A stretch of DNA of 64,000 nucleotides from an uncultured delta proteobacterium (GTDB lineage: Bacteria > Desulfobacterota > Zymogenia > Zymogenales > Zymogenaceae): the NCBI GenBank assembly GCA_963792965.1, contig CAWBYW010000013.1:96001-160000 (forward strand), written 5' to 3'. Made by a program: the position numbers and the translations under genes. Shown here one piece after another: positions 21,532 through 31,915 of this stretch. Position 1 is the stretch's first letter, and the number at the start of each line of letters is the position of its first letter. The notes below the pieces were generated by a model. That model did no database searches. It was not told the DNA's origin and saw only the letters and a program-made list of their open reading frames with translations.

Positions 21532-22541
21532 CGGGCAAAGACCTTTGTCTTGATTTTATCGAAAAGCCATCCCTTTACAAGCAGCGAGCCGATATAGTCC
21601 TCGGTGACCTTCACGGTCTTCCGGATTTCAGCTCTTTTTCTTAGTACCTTTCGAATGTTCAGTAGGAAAGAGAACTTCGCCTTCAGGAAGGAGAGCCATT
21701 GTCCCTTCAGGAGGAAATAGATGGATACAAAGAGGTTATACACGATGTGTGAGGGGAAGCTGGTAATCAATAAGCCCAGCGGCATGTTCTTGAGAAAAAC
21801 GTACTCACTATTTCTCTGCCCATAGTAGCTGAAGACCGTATCGACGTCTTTGATGGTCCCGTGCGTCTTATGATATACGATGGACTGAGGGCAGTAGATG
21901 CATTTGTGGCCTGCCAGCTGCGCCCTGAAACTGAGGTCGACGTCTTCGCACATGATGAAGAAATCTTCATCGAATAACCCAATCTCCTCCAGCATCTGAC
22001 GCCGATAGACCGCGGCGGCGGCGCAGGCGCCGAAGACGTATTGGGCATGAGCATACAAGTCTATCTTCTTGCCGAGTCCTCTTTTCGCGTTCACGCCCCC
22101 CGACGTATAGATATCGCCGGCGGTGTCGAGGATATCCCGGTGATAATAATCGACTATTTTCGAGGCACAAAACCCCGCATCGCGATATCGATTCAGGCAC
22201 TCCACGGACATTTTCAGCCAATCGGGGTGCGCGACGGCGTCGTTGTTGAGCAGGGCTACGAACTCCCCGGAGGATGATGTGATCCCGCGATTATTGGCGG
22301 CCGCAAAGCCGATATTGTCGTTTAGCGCAATGATCTTCACTCCCTTGAATCGGCGAGAGACATATTCCACCGAGCCGTCGGAGGAATAGTTATCCACGAG
22401 AGTCGCCGTAGCGTGCCGATAGCTTTGATTCATGACCGAATCGAGGCACTCGGGGAGATATCGTCTCCCGTTCCAGTTTATGATTACGACGTCCGCCTGA
22501 CCTTTCTTCATGCCGCTTATAAATTTATCATCTTCTTGCAC
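21519..22541 (-). CDS. GT2 glycosyltransferase
   Basis: IINWNG, VDNYSSDGS, GFAAANN, LLNNDA, FDEDFF...EDVDLSFR. True start may be ATG 22512. Confidence 0.88.
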   Translation of the reverse strand: MQEDDKFISGMKKGQADVVIINWNGRRYLPECLDSVMNQSYRHATATLVDNYSSDGSVEYVSRRFKGVKIIALNDNIGFAAANNRGITSSSGEFVALLNNDAVAHPDWLKMSVECLNRYRDAGFCASKIVDYYHRDILDTAGDIYTSGGVNAKRGLGKKIDLYAHAQYVFGACAAAAVYRRQMLEEIGLFDEDFFIMCEDVDLSFRAQLAGHKCIYCPQSIVYHKTHGTIKDVDTVFSYYGQRNSEYVFLKNMPLGLLITSFPSHIVYNLFVSIYFLLKGQWLSFLKAKFSFLLNIRKVLRKRAEIRKTVKVTEDYIGSLLVKGWLFDKIKTKVFARWVS

Positions 22542-22830
22542 AGATATAAATAGATTTAATGGAATTTCTTGTCGTGAGCGGAAGGAAATTCTACTTACCC
22601 CCTCTCTTCACCCGACGCGGCGTCGCGATTTATTCGGAGTCTGATGTTCTTATTATCACGGGTTGTCCCGCTCCTCTTACTGTCGACGATGAGCTTCCCA
22701 CCTGAAGGACCCGCTTACCGCCGCGATCAGTTGCCGTCGACTTAGACGCCGTTATCGGGGAGGGCGGGTGTAATACCTCGCTACGCCCCGACCGCCTATC
22801 GACGCGGTCAGACAGCTGTTCGGTTTGCGT

Positions 22831-23676
22831 CTATGTCGTTTGTGACGGCATATCGATTTTAAGCCGTTCCCGCAGCCGCCGCGGCGGCATCACCGAATGG
22901 CCGCTGAGCTCTATGATTTTCACGATTCTTTCCAGCAACGTTTCATTTCCCGCCGGGATGGTCTTGTTTGCGTCATACCAGATATTGTCTTCTATTCCCA
23001 CGCGCACGCCGCCTCCGAGAGCAACGGAAAGTATATTCGCTTTCAGTTGGCTTGTTCCCAGGCCCCCTACCGACCAGACGGAATCATCCGGCAAATCATG
23101 TAAGAGTGCGGCGAGATGGTGGATTTCCGCCCGCGCGGATGCAATATTTCCGAGGAGTATATTGAAGTAATAGGGCGGGGTAAGATACTTCTTCTGAATC
23201 ATATAGAGACAGAAATTTACCATCCCAAGGTCAAAAATTTCAAGCTCGGGCTTAATCCCCTTTTCCTGCATTTTCTCGGCAAGCCTGATGATGGTCTCGG
23301 GCGCATTAACCGCGGGTCCCTGGGAAAAGTTGATGGAGCTCAGCATCAATGACCCCATGTCGGGCTTTGCGTCGCCGCCAAGATCGAGCACCTCCGACCT
23401 TTTTTCGAACTCGGAAAAAGTCCTTCCACTGCACGAAACGCAAATGACCACGTCCGGAGCGGTCTCTCTTATGCCGGAGATGATCTCGGCATAGATCTCT
23501 TTCTTATAGGTCGGAGAGCCGTCTTTCCCTCGGGCGTGGAGATGTACCGACGTAATCCCGATCGAACGGCATCTGGTGACATCCGTGACGATTTCTTTCG
23601 GCGTTATCGGTACGCGGGGATTCAGGTCCTTGGTAGGTATCATCCCGGTTGGTGCCAGATTTACGACGAGTTCCAT
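22831..23676 (-). CDS. Beta-keto acid cleavage enzyme (Kce/BKACE, DUF849) family protein
   Basis: APTG, VPITPKEI, VHLHAR (metal HxH), KPELEIFD, GVRVGIEDN. Confidence 0.9.
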   Translation of the reverse strand: MELVVNLAPTGMIPTKDLNPRVPITPKEIVTDVTRCRSIGITSVHLHARGKDGSPTYKKEIYAEIISGIRETAPDVVICVSCSGRTFSEFEKRSEVLDLGGDAKPDMGSLMLSSINFSQGPAVNAPETIIRLAEKMQEKGIKPELEIFDLGMVNFCLYMIQKKYLTPPYYFNILLGNIASARAEIHHLAALLHDLPDDSVWSVGGLGTSQLKANILSVALGGGVRVGIEDNIWYDANKTIPAGNETLLERIVKIIELSGHSVMPPRRLRERLKIDMPSQTT

Positions 23677-23838
23677 AGGTTGTGCTCAATATCTCAACAA
23701 GGTTTCTTAATAGGAAGATGAGCGTCCGGCCCGAGAAACCGCTTCCTTTCATCTCCTTACGGTACAGGTGTCAAAAGCGCCGATCCCTGGATGCTCAATG
23801 CCGCGATTGGTCCAAATACGGTATCGTCGGAAGAGACA

Positions 23839-24489
23839 TCACTTTCCGCCTATGTCCGTTTTCGTGATCTTGGCCGGCACACCGACCACCTGCACCCTGT
23901 CGGGGACATCCCGAGTCACGACGGCCCCGGCGCCGACGATACACGACGAGCCCACCGTGAGATGGTCGATGATGACCGCGCCGATACCGATATAGGCGGC
24001 GTTTTTCACCACACAACAGCCGGCGATGTTGGCCCCGGGATTGATGGTGACAAAGTCTCCTATTTCGGTATGGTGCCCGACGAGCGCCCCACGGTTGATG
24101 AGAACATGTTTCCCCACGCGGGTATGCGTCGAGATAACGGCGCCCCTGCCGACGATAGTGCCGTCCCCTATGGTGGCGCCGCCCGAGACCGCGGCCCTCG
24201 GATGAACAAGGGTCGCAAACGAAAATCCGAGCTTCTCTACCTGGTCGGTGAAGAGACTCCGGTGCGTCGTGCCCAGAGCGCAGAGCGCAAGGTGGCTTCC
24301 CGACAAGGGTGCTATCTCCTCTACCCAGAGAATGTCGATGCCGTCAATCGTGCCTTTGCACTTTTCCCGGTCCATGTTTTCCACGAAAGCGGCGCCGTAG
24401 AGATCGCTCGTATCAGAAAGGAGGTCAAAGACCTCGACTGCGAACGTCCCGGTGCCGAGGATAAGTACCGGAGTTTTCCCGTGATTCAT
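23839..24489 (-). CDS. NeuD/PglD-family sugar acyltransferase (left-handed beta-helix)
   Basis: VLILGTG N-terminal domain, TLVHP, hexapeptide repeats with GHH, VGAGAVVTRDVP...GVPAK. Start uncertain (24489 or 24567). Confidence 0.88.
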   Translation of the reverse strand: MNHGKTPVLILGTGTFAVEVFDLLSDTSDLYGAAFVENMDREKCKGTIDGIDILWVEEIAPLSGSHLALCALGTTHRSLFTDQVEKLGFSFATLVHPRAAVSGGATIGDGTIVGRGAVISTHTRVGKHVLINRGALVGHHTEIGDFVTINPGANIAGCCVVKNAAYIGIGAVIIDHLTVGSSCIVGAGAVVTRDVPDRVQVVGVPAKITKTDIGGK

Positions 24490-24563
24490 TTCTTTCCCCG
24501 TGGAGTCAGTGTCGTTTATGTCCGACACGTGGGACGAAGTCCCCGTACCCTTTACCGCACCAA

Positions 24564-27450
24564 TCATTTACGGGCCGTCTTGCTATAGAGCCCCCGGGCC
24601 CGAAGGAGTATCCCGGGCAGCATGATGCCCAGCATGGGAATCTTTTGCAGCGTAGAGAGGAACTTTCCTCGTTATCCTATAGCTCAGTCTCGCGTGCTGT
24701 TGCCGCATCATCTCGAGGGTCTGTTGGAGATGGTCTATTTCTCTGAGCAGGCCGCCGTAGTCTCGACATATCCTGTGAAGACTGTAGGCCTCGAATCTCG
24801 GCAGACAGACATTATTGCGAGCGATGCAACGATCGGATATATATTTATCCATCCGTACGATTGCTGAATCCTCTCTCAGTCTATAGAGCGCCAGGCTCTC
24901 ATTTATTATGCCCGTTTTATACCCCCGGCACGTCAGATTCAGATAGAAGGCCCAGTCTCCCTCCTTTACTTTACCATACTCGTCCCAGCCTCCCACTTCT
25001 TGGAGCACGTCTCTTCTGTAGCATCCTATATTGTCGCCGAAAATATTCTGCAATTGCCCCAGTATGATCGAGCCGTACTTCGGCCGATATCTGCTTACCA
25101 TGCTCCTTTGATCCTCGAAGTTATCTCCATCGTTAAACGTATCAAGATAGGTCGTAACGACCGGGCAGTCCGGGCTCCTTTCCATGAACGCAACGGTTTT
25201 GTATATGAAATCGGGCTTTAACATATTGTCGGAATCCAGGGCGATGATGTATTTTGTGGTCGCGTTCTTCCATGCCGTATTCTTTGCCCCCGACGCCCCC
25301 GTGTTGTCTTGTCTTATCATCCGAAAAGGTATTTTCAGTACCCTCGCTATTGTCCTCTGCGCATCTTCGCCGTAGCCTTGCCTGGACCCGTCATCAACAA
25401 AGATGACTTCTTTCGGCCATATTGTCTGGTTGTTCAGGCTTACCGAGAGGTCCCTGAGGTATCTGAAATCGGTGTTGAACAGAGGGACGATAACGCTGAC
25501 TAACTGCCCGCTCACGGGAGAATCTGGGAATCCGTCGGCGTTGCGTGACTGTAGCTCTCTGTTCTTCTCACGGTACGCTTTATTTATCTTTTCCTGCCTT
25601 TGGGCGACGCTCCTCTTCAGTCCGTTTACTATTTCCTTCCTCTGTTCGTTGTCTATCTCCAGATAGCGAAGGATCCCGTCCGTTATCTCTTGGCGGCTCT
25701 TCCCGGTCAATACGAACGGCCGATAAAAATCCGGCACGAACTCCTCTATACCGCCGTTGTCGGCCGCCAACAAAGGGCAGCATGAATCGATAACTTTCAG
25801 CACGGACATCGGATAGTTGTCTCCGCCGTAGGGCAGGATACAGAGGGACTCCGGCCCGAGAGACGATATCAGATCGATTGCGCCGCTCACCTCGCCGTCG
25901 TAGCATTCGATCTCAATTACATCATCAAGGTCGTTTATATACCGCTCCCCGACGACGTCCTTGAGATTCTCACCAATGAGAAGAGCTTTCTTTATTCTTG
26001 CAGGCACGAGGCCCCTTCGCCGAAGACCTTTCAGCAGTTCGACGAACGTCCGGCAGCTTTCAGTCGTGCCGTGTCCGCCGAAGAAGATCAACGTGCCTAT
26101 GTCTGACGCCGTATCGGCGTAATTACTCGTGTAATCGAAACAATAGGGGCCGATGTCGATTTCCTTGTCTATCTCGTAGCCCTCGTCAAGGTATAGATCT
26201 CTTGAAAACCGACTCGGGAAAGATACGAGGTCTGCTTTTTCTATGAGCTCTTTTTCCTGATAAAGGGCGTCCATCCCAGATCGCGGCGTCCAATATTTCC
26301 GTGCGTTCTCAAGTAAAGCGTGGGAACCGTGGCACGTTACCTTGAGGAGAATGTCACCAGGTATGAGCCCCGCCTTCTTTGCCTGCGCGATCCTGTAGCC
26401 GTGGCCCATATAGTCCTGCATCTCCAACAGCCTTATGCCGTCGTAAAAGAAGACCATTTGGAGGAAGGCATCCAAGACCATATCGCCTATATCCGCGCGG
26501 GCGTCGGTGCATACCATCTTCCCGGGGAAGATCCACTCCCTTCTGAGGTCAATCGGAATGTCGCCCTCGCTTCCCGTAAAAAAGATCAAAGGCCTTCGTG
26601 CCGCGACCGCCTCGGCCTCTCCCGCGTAGACTCCGATCCAACCGGAGCCTCTTGCCTTTATATGTTCGGAGGTGAGTATCACGTGTCCGTTCTCTTCAGG
26701 CAAACCATTCTCTGCCAAGAAGCGAGAAAAGAAATCGTCAGAACAGGATACCTCTAACCAGCAGCTCCTCTTTTCTTTCCGTGGGCCGTCCGGCCCCGTG
26801 TACCGCTGCTTTTCAATGCTGAAGCCTGAGGAGGCTATGAAGTCTGTCAATTCCTTAAGGCTCCATTCTCTTATGGAGTCGGCACGACGTGGCAATCCAT
26901 TCGGATCTCTGCGAATGGTGCGTCTGGACTGTGTCGTGATTATGAGCCTGCTTTCGCGGTGTCTCTTCAAATTCTTTCGCAGGCCTCTCAGGATCGGCCT
27001 CGGGTCGGCAAGGCGACCTATCAGATCGGAGAGGATATACAACGTAGGGATTTCGTCTGCGTAGCCTTCAAGAGAGCTTTGGATCGACGGGTAATAATCC
27101 AGGTGGCACTCGCGAACCGGTATCTCCGTCTTCTCGGTCTTTTCCGCGGAACGGGGCGGACGGATTACGCCGAGGCGGTATCCCTCATCCCTAAAGACGT
27201 GCCGGAACATGTCCGGCAATACGTGGCCGATAGCTACGATCCTCTCTATCTTATGAAGTTCGGCGACCTCTCGGGCTCGGTAGTATGCGGCTTCCTGCGT
27301 TTCGAGTCCTTCTTCGCCGGGAGAGTCACCCTGCGACGCCCAGATGGCGCGCGCGGAAGCGCCCGAACCGAAGTTTCTGTCGGGTGTTGTTCTTCTTATA
27401 TCGACGGCCGGGGGAGGGGACTTGACTTCCAAAATATCGTTCGCCATCAC
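24564..27450 (-). CDS. Large multidomain glycosyltransferase: degenerate methyltransferase-like domain + GT4-like + GT2 + coiled coil; probable frameshift near 24663
   Basis: DPRPIL...IREWS (MTase-like), DNYPMSVL...GGIEE (GT-B), VSVIVP...FVDDGS...LDSDN (GT2). Removing one A near 24663 gives the C-terminus RKFLSTLQKIPMLGIMLPGILLRARGLYSKTARK* ending at 24564. Confidence 0.8.
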
Positions 27451-27781
27451 TGAAATCTCTCACCGCGTCTTGCCCGACGGGGGGCGATGGTGCCGGATGA
27501 AAGGGGCCCGGTATACGGCTATCTGAGCCCGGTTGTGTGCGCTTGTCCCGTCGTCTTCCCATCGAATGTCTCTCCGCTTCGGGACCGACCCGAACGCCGT
27601 CGGATATCTTTCATCGAAGGCGGCACTACGGAAATCCATATAATATATCGACCGGGGGCAATAGTCAACCAACTCCGTATCTCCTTTACGGATCCGCCGG
27701 ATCTGTTTCACGTCAGGAGTATGGCCGGTGAGCAAGAAAGGCCGAAATCGTACGATTCCTTCGTCAGTTGGCTCTTTTCAC

Positions 27782-27810
27782 TTGACAAGAGAAGGCACGA
27801 TTTCTACCAT
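27782..27810 (+). promoter_or_regulatory. Sigma70-type promoter for thiM-thiE
   Basis: TTGACA-17 nt-TACCAT, about 150 nt upstream of the thiM start. Confidence 0.65.
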
Positions 27811-27957
27811 TCTATTAGATACTCTCTTGAGGGTTGAAAGCGGCAAAGAGTTTGCCCGCAATGCGGGGGCAGGTTTCGTGAGTGCCGGCTCCCGCCGAAA
27901 CCGGGGGAGATAGGCGCCCTTCTGGTGTGCCTGGAAACAGGAGGAGGAAGTAAAACG

Positions 27958-28764
27958 ATGCACGAACGTGATATACTGAATATCTGGCAAGCCGTCGAAA
28001 AGATCAGGAAAGGGTCACCGGTCGTCCACAACATTACGAACTACGTGGTCATGAACAGCACGGCCAACGCCCTGCTGGCGATCGGCGCCTCTCCGGTGAT
28101 GGCCCATGCCGAGGAGGAGATGGTCGACATGGTGAACATCGCCTCCGCCCTCGTGATCAATATCGGCACCCTGAGCAGCGAGTGGGTCGCGTCTATGTTC
28201 ACGGCCGCCCGTCAGGCGACCAAGCGCGGCATTCCGGTGGTCCTTGATCCCGTCGGCGCCGGCGCAACCGCTTACCGGACACAGACCGCGCGCCAACTGA
28301 TAGAGGCGGCCAGGCCCGCCATTATCAGGGGGAACGCATCGGAAATCATGGCCGTCCACGAGGACACGAAGAAGACGAAAGGGGTGGACAGCACCAACGC
28401 CTCTCAGGACGCCCTTTCGGCCGCGGCCGCCATTCATCGGGCCAGCGGCGCCATCGTGTGCATCAGCGGTGAGACGGACTATATCGTCGGCGGTGAAAAA
28501 ACAGTTAAGGTCAACAACGGCCATCCCCTGATGGCCCGGGTGACGGGCATGGGTTGTACGGCGACGGCGCTCTGCGGGGCCTTTGCCGCGGTCAACGGCA
28601 ATTACGCCGAGGCGGCGGCCCAGGCCATGGCGGTGATGGGCATCGTTGGGGAAATGGCGGCCCATGATGCGGTCGGACCGGGAACGCTGCAGGTCAGGTT
28701 TATCGATCTCCTCTACACGCTGTCACGGGAGGATATCGAGCGCCGTCTTAAAGTGGAGTTTTGA
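27958..28764 (+). CDS. thiM: Hydroxyethylthiazole kinase
   Basis: PVVHNITNYV, GASPVMA, INIGTL, LDPVGAG, IRGNASEI, VTGMGC; GGAGG upstream. Confidence 0.97.
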   Translation: MHERDILNIWQAVEKIRKGSPVVHNITNYVVMNSTANALLAIGASPVMAHAEEEMVDMVNIASALVINIGTLSSEWVASMFTAARQATKRGIPVVLDPVGAGATAYRTQTARQLIEAARPAIIRGNASEIMAVHEDTKKTKGVDSTNASQDALSAAAAIHRASGAIVCISGETDYIVGGEKTVKVNNGHPLMARVTGMGCTATALCGAFAAVNGNYAEAAAQAMAVMGIVGEMAAHDAVGPGTLQVRFIDLLYTLSREDIERRLKVEF

Positions 28765-28765
28765 T

Positions 28766-29395
28766 ATGCGAGGGTTGTATCTGGTCACCGACCGCAGATT
28801 GTGTGGCGATCGCTCGGTTGAGGACGTCGTGCTCGGGGCCGTGAAGGGAGGGGTCTCTTATGTTCAGCTGCGCGAAAAGGAGCTGTCGACACGGCGGTTC
28901 ATCGAGGAGGCGCACAAGATCAAGGAGCTTCTGATCCCCCTAAAGGTGCCCCTGATTATCAACGATCGGGTCGATGTCGTCCTGGCGGTCGGCGCGGACG
29001 GTGTCCATGTGGGGCAGGACGATATGCCCTACCAGATCGCCAGGGAACTACTCGGGCCGCATGCGATTATCGGCCTTTCCGTGGAAACGTGGGAGGACGT
29101 CCAGAGGGCCGAGGAGCTGGACGTTGACTACCTCGGCGTCAGCCCCGTATTCGAGACGCCGACCAAGACCGATACCAAGGGCGCCTGGGGCCTTGACGGT
29201 CTGGCAAGGATCAGGGCCTATTCACGGCACGAACTTGTGGCGATCGGCGGCCTGAACAAAGAAAACATTCCGGCCGTCGTCAAAGCGGGCGCCGACACCG
29301 TCGCCGTCGTCTCGGCGCTGTGCGCCGCTCCCGATCCGCCGGCCGCGGCGAGGGAGCTGGTGGGGGCCATCGAGGGTGGCATGCGGGAGAGGTAG
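28766..29395 (+). CDS. thiE: Thiamine-phosphate synthase
   Basis: LYLVTD, VQLREK, IINDRVD, GVHVGQDD, TPTKTD, AIGG. Confidence 0.97.
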   Translation: MRGLYLVTDRRLCGDRSVEDVVLGAVKGGVSYVQLREKELSTRRFIEEAHKIKELLIPLKVPLIINDRVDVVLAVGADGVHVGQDDMPYQIARELLGPHAIIGLSVETWEDVQRAEELDVDYLGVSPVFETPTKTDTKGAWGLDGLARIRAYSRHELVAIGGLNKENIPAVVKAGADTVAVVSALCAAPDPPAAARELVGAIEGGMRER

Positions 29396-29399
29396 TTTC

Positions 29400-30234
29400 G
29401 TGGCGCTGAAGGGAATCATCTTCGATTATTCGGGGACTCTGAGCCTCGGCGCAGTCCAGTTCGGCGAATCGAGACAGCTGTCGGAGGCGCTGCGGACCGC
29501 TGGCCTTGCCGATCTCGGGGTGACGACGCCGGCCGTCTTCTGGGATCAGATCGTAAATCCCACATGGGAAGAGGGGAGCACATCGGCGGTCGGATATAAG
29601 GAGGTCATGGCGCGGCGCCTTGTGGAGGTCTTCGGCCATGAGCCCTCGGCCGTCCGGGGCGCGGTATCGCACTTTGTCGACGCCTACTTCGCGGCGTCGG
29701 GAATCGAGCCGGTTTGGTGGCCGCTGTTGAAAACGCTGGCCGCCGATCCCTCCACAAAAACGATCATCGCCTCCGATCATTACGCCGAGGCGACCGACCT
29801 AATACGCGGTTACCTTGCCGGGATCGGGATATCGGCGGTGTCGGCAAAGGATGTCGGGCGGCAAACCCGGGGCGGTCCGTTCGTGATCGCCACGTCGGCC
29901 GATATAGGCTTCCATAAGTCAACACAGCGCTTCTGGGAGACGGTAAAGGGCGTGATCGCGCCCGCGACTGAAGAGGCTCGGAAGCCTCCTTATCGTGGAC
30001 GACTTCGGCGCAAACGAGCATGAGTACGACACGTACGCGGAAAAAGAAAAAGTCACCGCCCGCTGCCGGGAAACCGTTGAGGTCCTCGGGAAAGTCTTTG
30101 CCGTGGATGCGACGGCCTTTCCTTTCATCGTATCCGACAGGGGTCCCGACGGCGTTGTCGATGAGGTTGCTTTCGGCAGGCTGGTGACTGAAGCGTCCGA
30201 GCACGTGGCGCGATATCTTGTCGGGAAAGAGTGA
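29400..30234 (+). CDS. HAD-like protein, split by a frameshift near 29980
   Basis: IIFDYSGTL (motif I-like), IASDH, SADIGFHK; motif IV-like LLIVDDFGANE continues in the next frame. Confidence 0.6.
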
Positions 30235-30416
30235 TACGGCGGCGGGGAGTCTGGTCTCCCCGGCGACTGATGAGCCGACGATGCAAAAGGTGCCTTCGAC
30301 CGAAGTCTCATCGACACCGCGGCTCGATATACCTCCCCTCGAAACCGAAGGGTTCCTCCCCCTCTGAGATGCTTCCCCACTTCCCTAGTTAATTATTAGA
30401 AATTCTAATATTTCAC

Positions 30417-30445
30417 TTGACTCTGTTTCATGTGCCACGTACAAT
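30417..30445 (+). promoter_or_regulatory. Sigma70-type promoter
   Basis: TTGACT-17 nt-TACAAT, followed by a GGAGG RBS. Confidence 0.65.
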
Positions 30446-30483
30446 TATGAGTGGCGTTGTAATAATCTATTGGAGGACATTGA

Positions 30484-31391
30484 TGATCAAGAAGGCCTTT
30501 CTTGCGGTTGTGCTTCTCCTGACGGTTCCATCGGTATGTGCCCTCGCGGGGAGGGGAGCGATACGATCGGGTCATGTAAGCTCATGCCCGAGCTTCGCTA
30601 CTCCTATTATGAGACTCCGATGAAAATCACGCACCTTCCTCTGGTTCCGAGCTGTATCTCGTATACTCAACCTGTTCGATGATTACAGGACGAAAGAGCA
30701 TGAGACGACGGTGCAGCTCAACTGGGGTCCCTTCGATAACCTCGACATCTATGCATTTGTCGGGGCCCGCCTTGCCTCGCGGATGGACTCCACGCTCCAG
30801 ATCGGACCGATGAAGCAGACAATCGTATTTGATCTCGGCAACGGCCTGCTGACCGGCGTCGGCGTGAAGGGGACCTTCTACCGGTCGCCGTCGGGCTTCT
30901 ACGTGGGAGGCGGGGCCTCTTTCGAATACGCGCAAACCAATAGGGATCTGCCCATCAAGATATATGTCTATAATGTCCTCGCGGTGGACACCCGGAGCGC
31001 CCCTGCATACAGCGAGAGGGACATGGCCGCCACGGCGGACCTTCACGCCGGGTGGTGCTTCGAGAAAGTCGGGTTGACCCCCTATGTCGGCGTCGAATAC
31101 CGGTGGAACAGGGAAGATTTCGATGCGCGCGCTTTCGGGTTTGGATATCCTCTCCTTGACCTTACCGCCCGGGAAAAACACCCGGTGGGCGTCTATGTTG
31201 GGGTCGATTACGCGATAAAGGATCGGCTCTTTGTGAACGTCGAGGGGCATATGGTAGACCGCTGGGGCGGCAGCCTCAGCATCGGCTACAAGTTCGACAT
31301 CTGCGGCAAGACGACGCCGGCGGTAGCCCCTGCCGTCGCACCGGCGCCCCCGGCTCCGGCACCCACGCTAACGCCGATGAGCCAGAACTAA
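30484..31391 (+). CDS. Outer-membrane beta-barrel protein with Pro/Ala tail, split by two frameshifts (~30550, ~30650)
   Basis: Signal peptide MIKKAFLAVVLLL; beta strands (LTPYVGVEY, VGVYVGVDY, LSIGYKF) spread over three successive frames. Confidence 0.65.
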
Positions 31392-31418
31392 ATAGGCTCT
31401 CATACGGCCTTTATGTAA

Positions 31419-31448
31419 GAGGGGCGGCATAAACCGCCCCTCGTTTTT
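31419..31448 (+). terminator. Rho-independent terminator
   Basis: GAGGGGCGG-CATAAA-CCGCCCCTC followed by GTTTTT. Confidence 0.8.
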
Positions 31449-31823
31449 CACGCTTCTTCGCAACCGCAACGAACTGCGCGCAACCGTGCCGGAAATCCCC
31501 ACTTCTTAGCCACACAACGCCCCTATGATCCATCTTTTCGATGGTGTTACCTCCGGCAGACACGTCGAATTCATTTAGGTCTGCTCTTATCTCTCTGAAG
31601 CTGCACGCAGCATAAATATGATATAGATTCTTGTTCCGCCCACTTCATCATACGCCTCGGACGGCCCGACTAATTGTCGCGGATTTCCGGCGGCCTCCGG
31701 CGGCGATCGGTAGATGGGCTTCTCGGTCCCGAAACATGGAAGGCCCTCTCCGCCTGCCTGAGTGATGTAAATCAGGAGGTCGGTCGGCACCTTTGAGAGT
31801 ATCCAAAATTTTTCCGGGAGGCC

Positions 31824-31851
31824 TTGACATCCATGCAAAGTATACTACAAT
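31824..31851 (+). promoter_or_regulatory. Sigma70-type promoter
   Basis: TTGACA-16 nt-TACAAT upstream of the 499-aa barrel gene. Confidence 0.55.
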
Positions 31852-31915
31852 TATTAGAGGAAACTTATGAAGAAATTTATTGTATGTCAGTTAACCCGGA
31901 GGGAGGGGATTTTTT

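Noticed and set aside
27815-27957. Canonical TPP riboswitch upstream of thiM
   Set aside because: The conserved aptamer motifs are not present.
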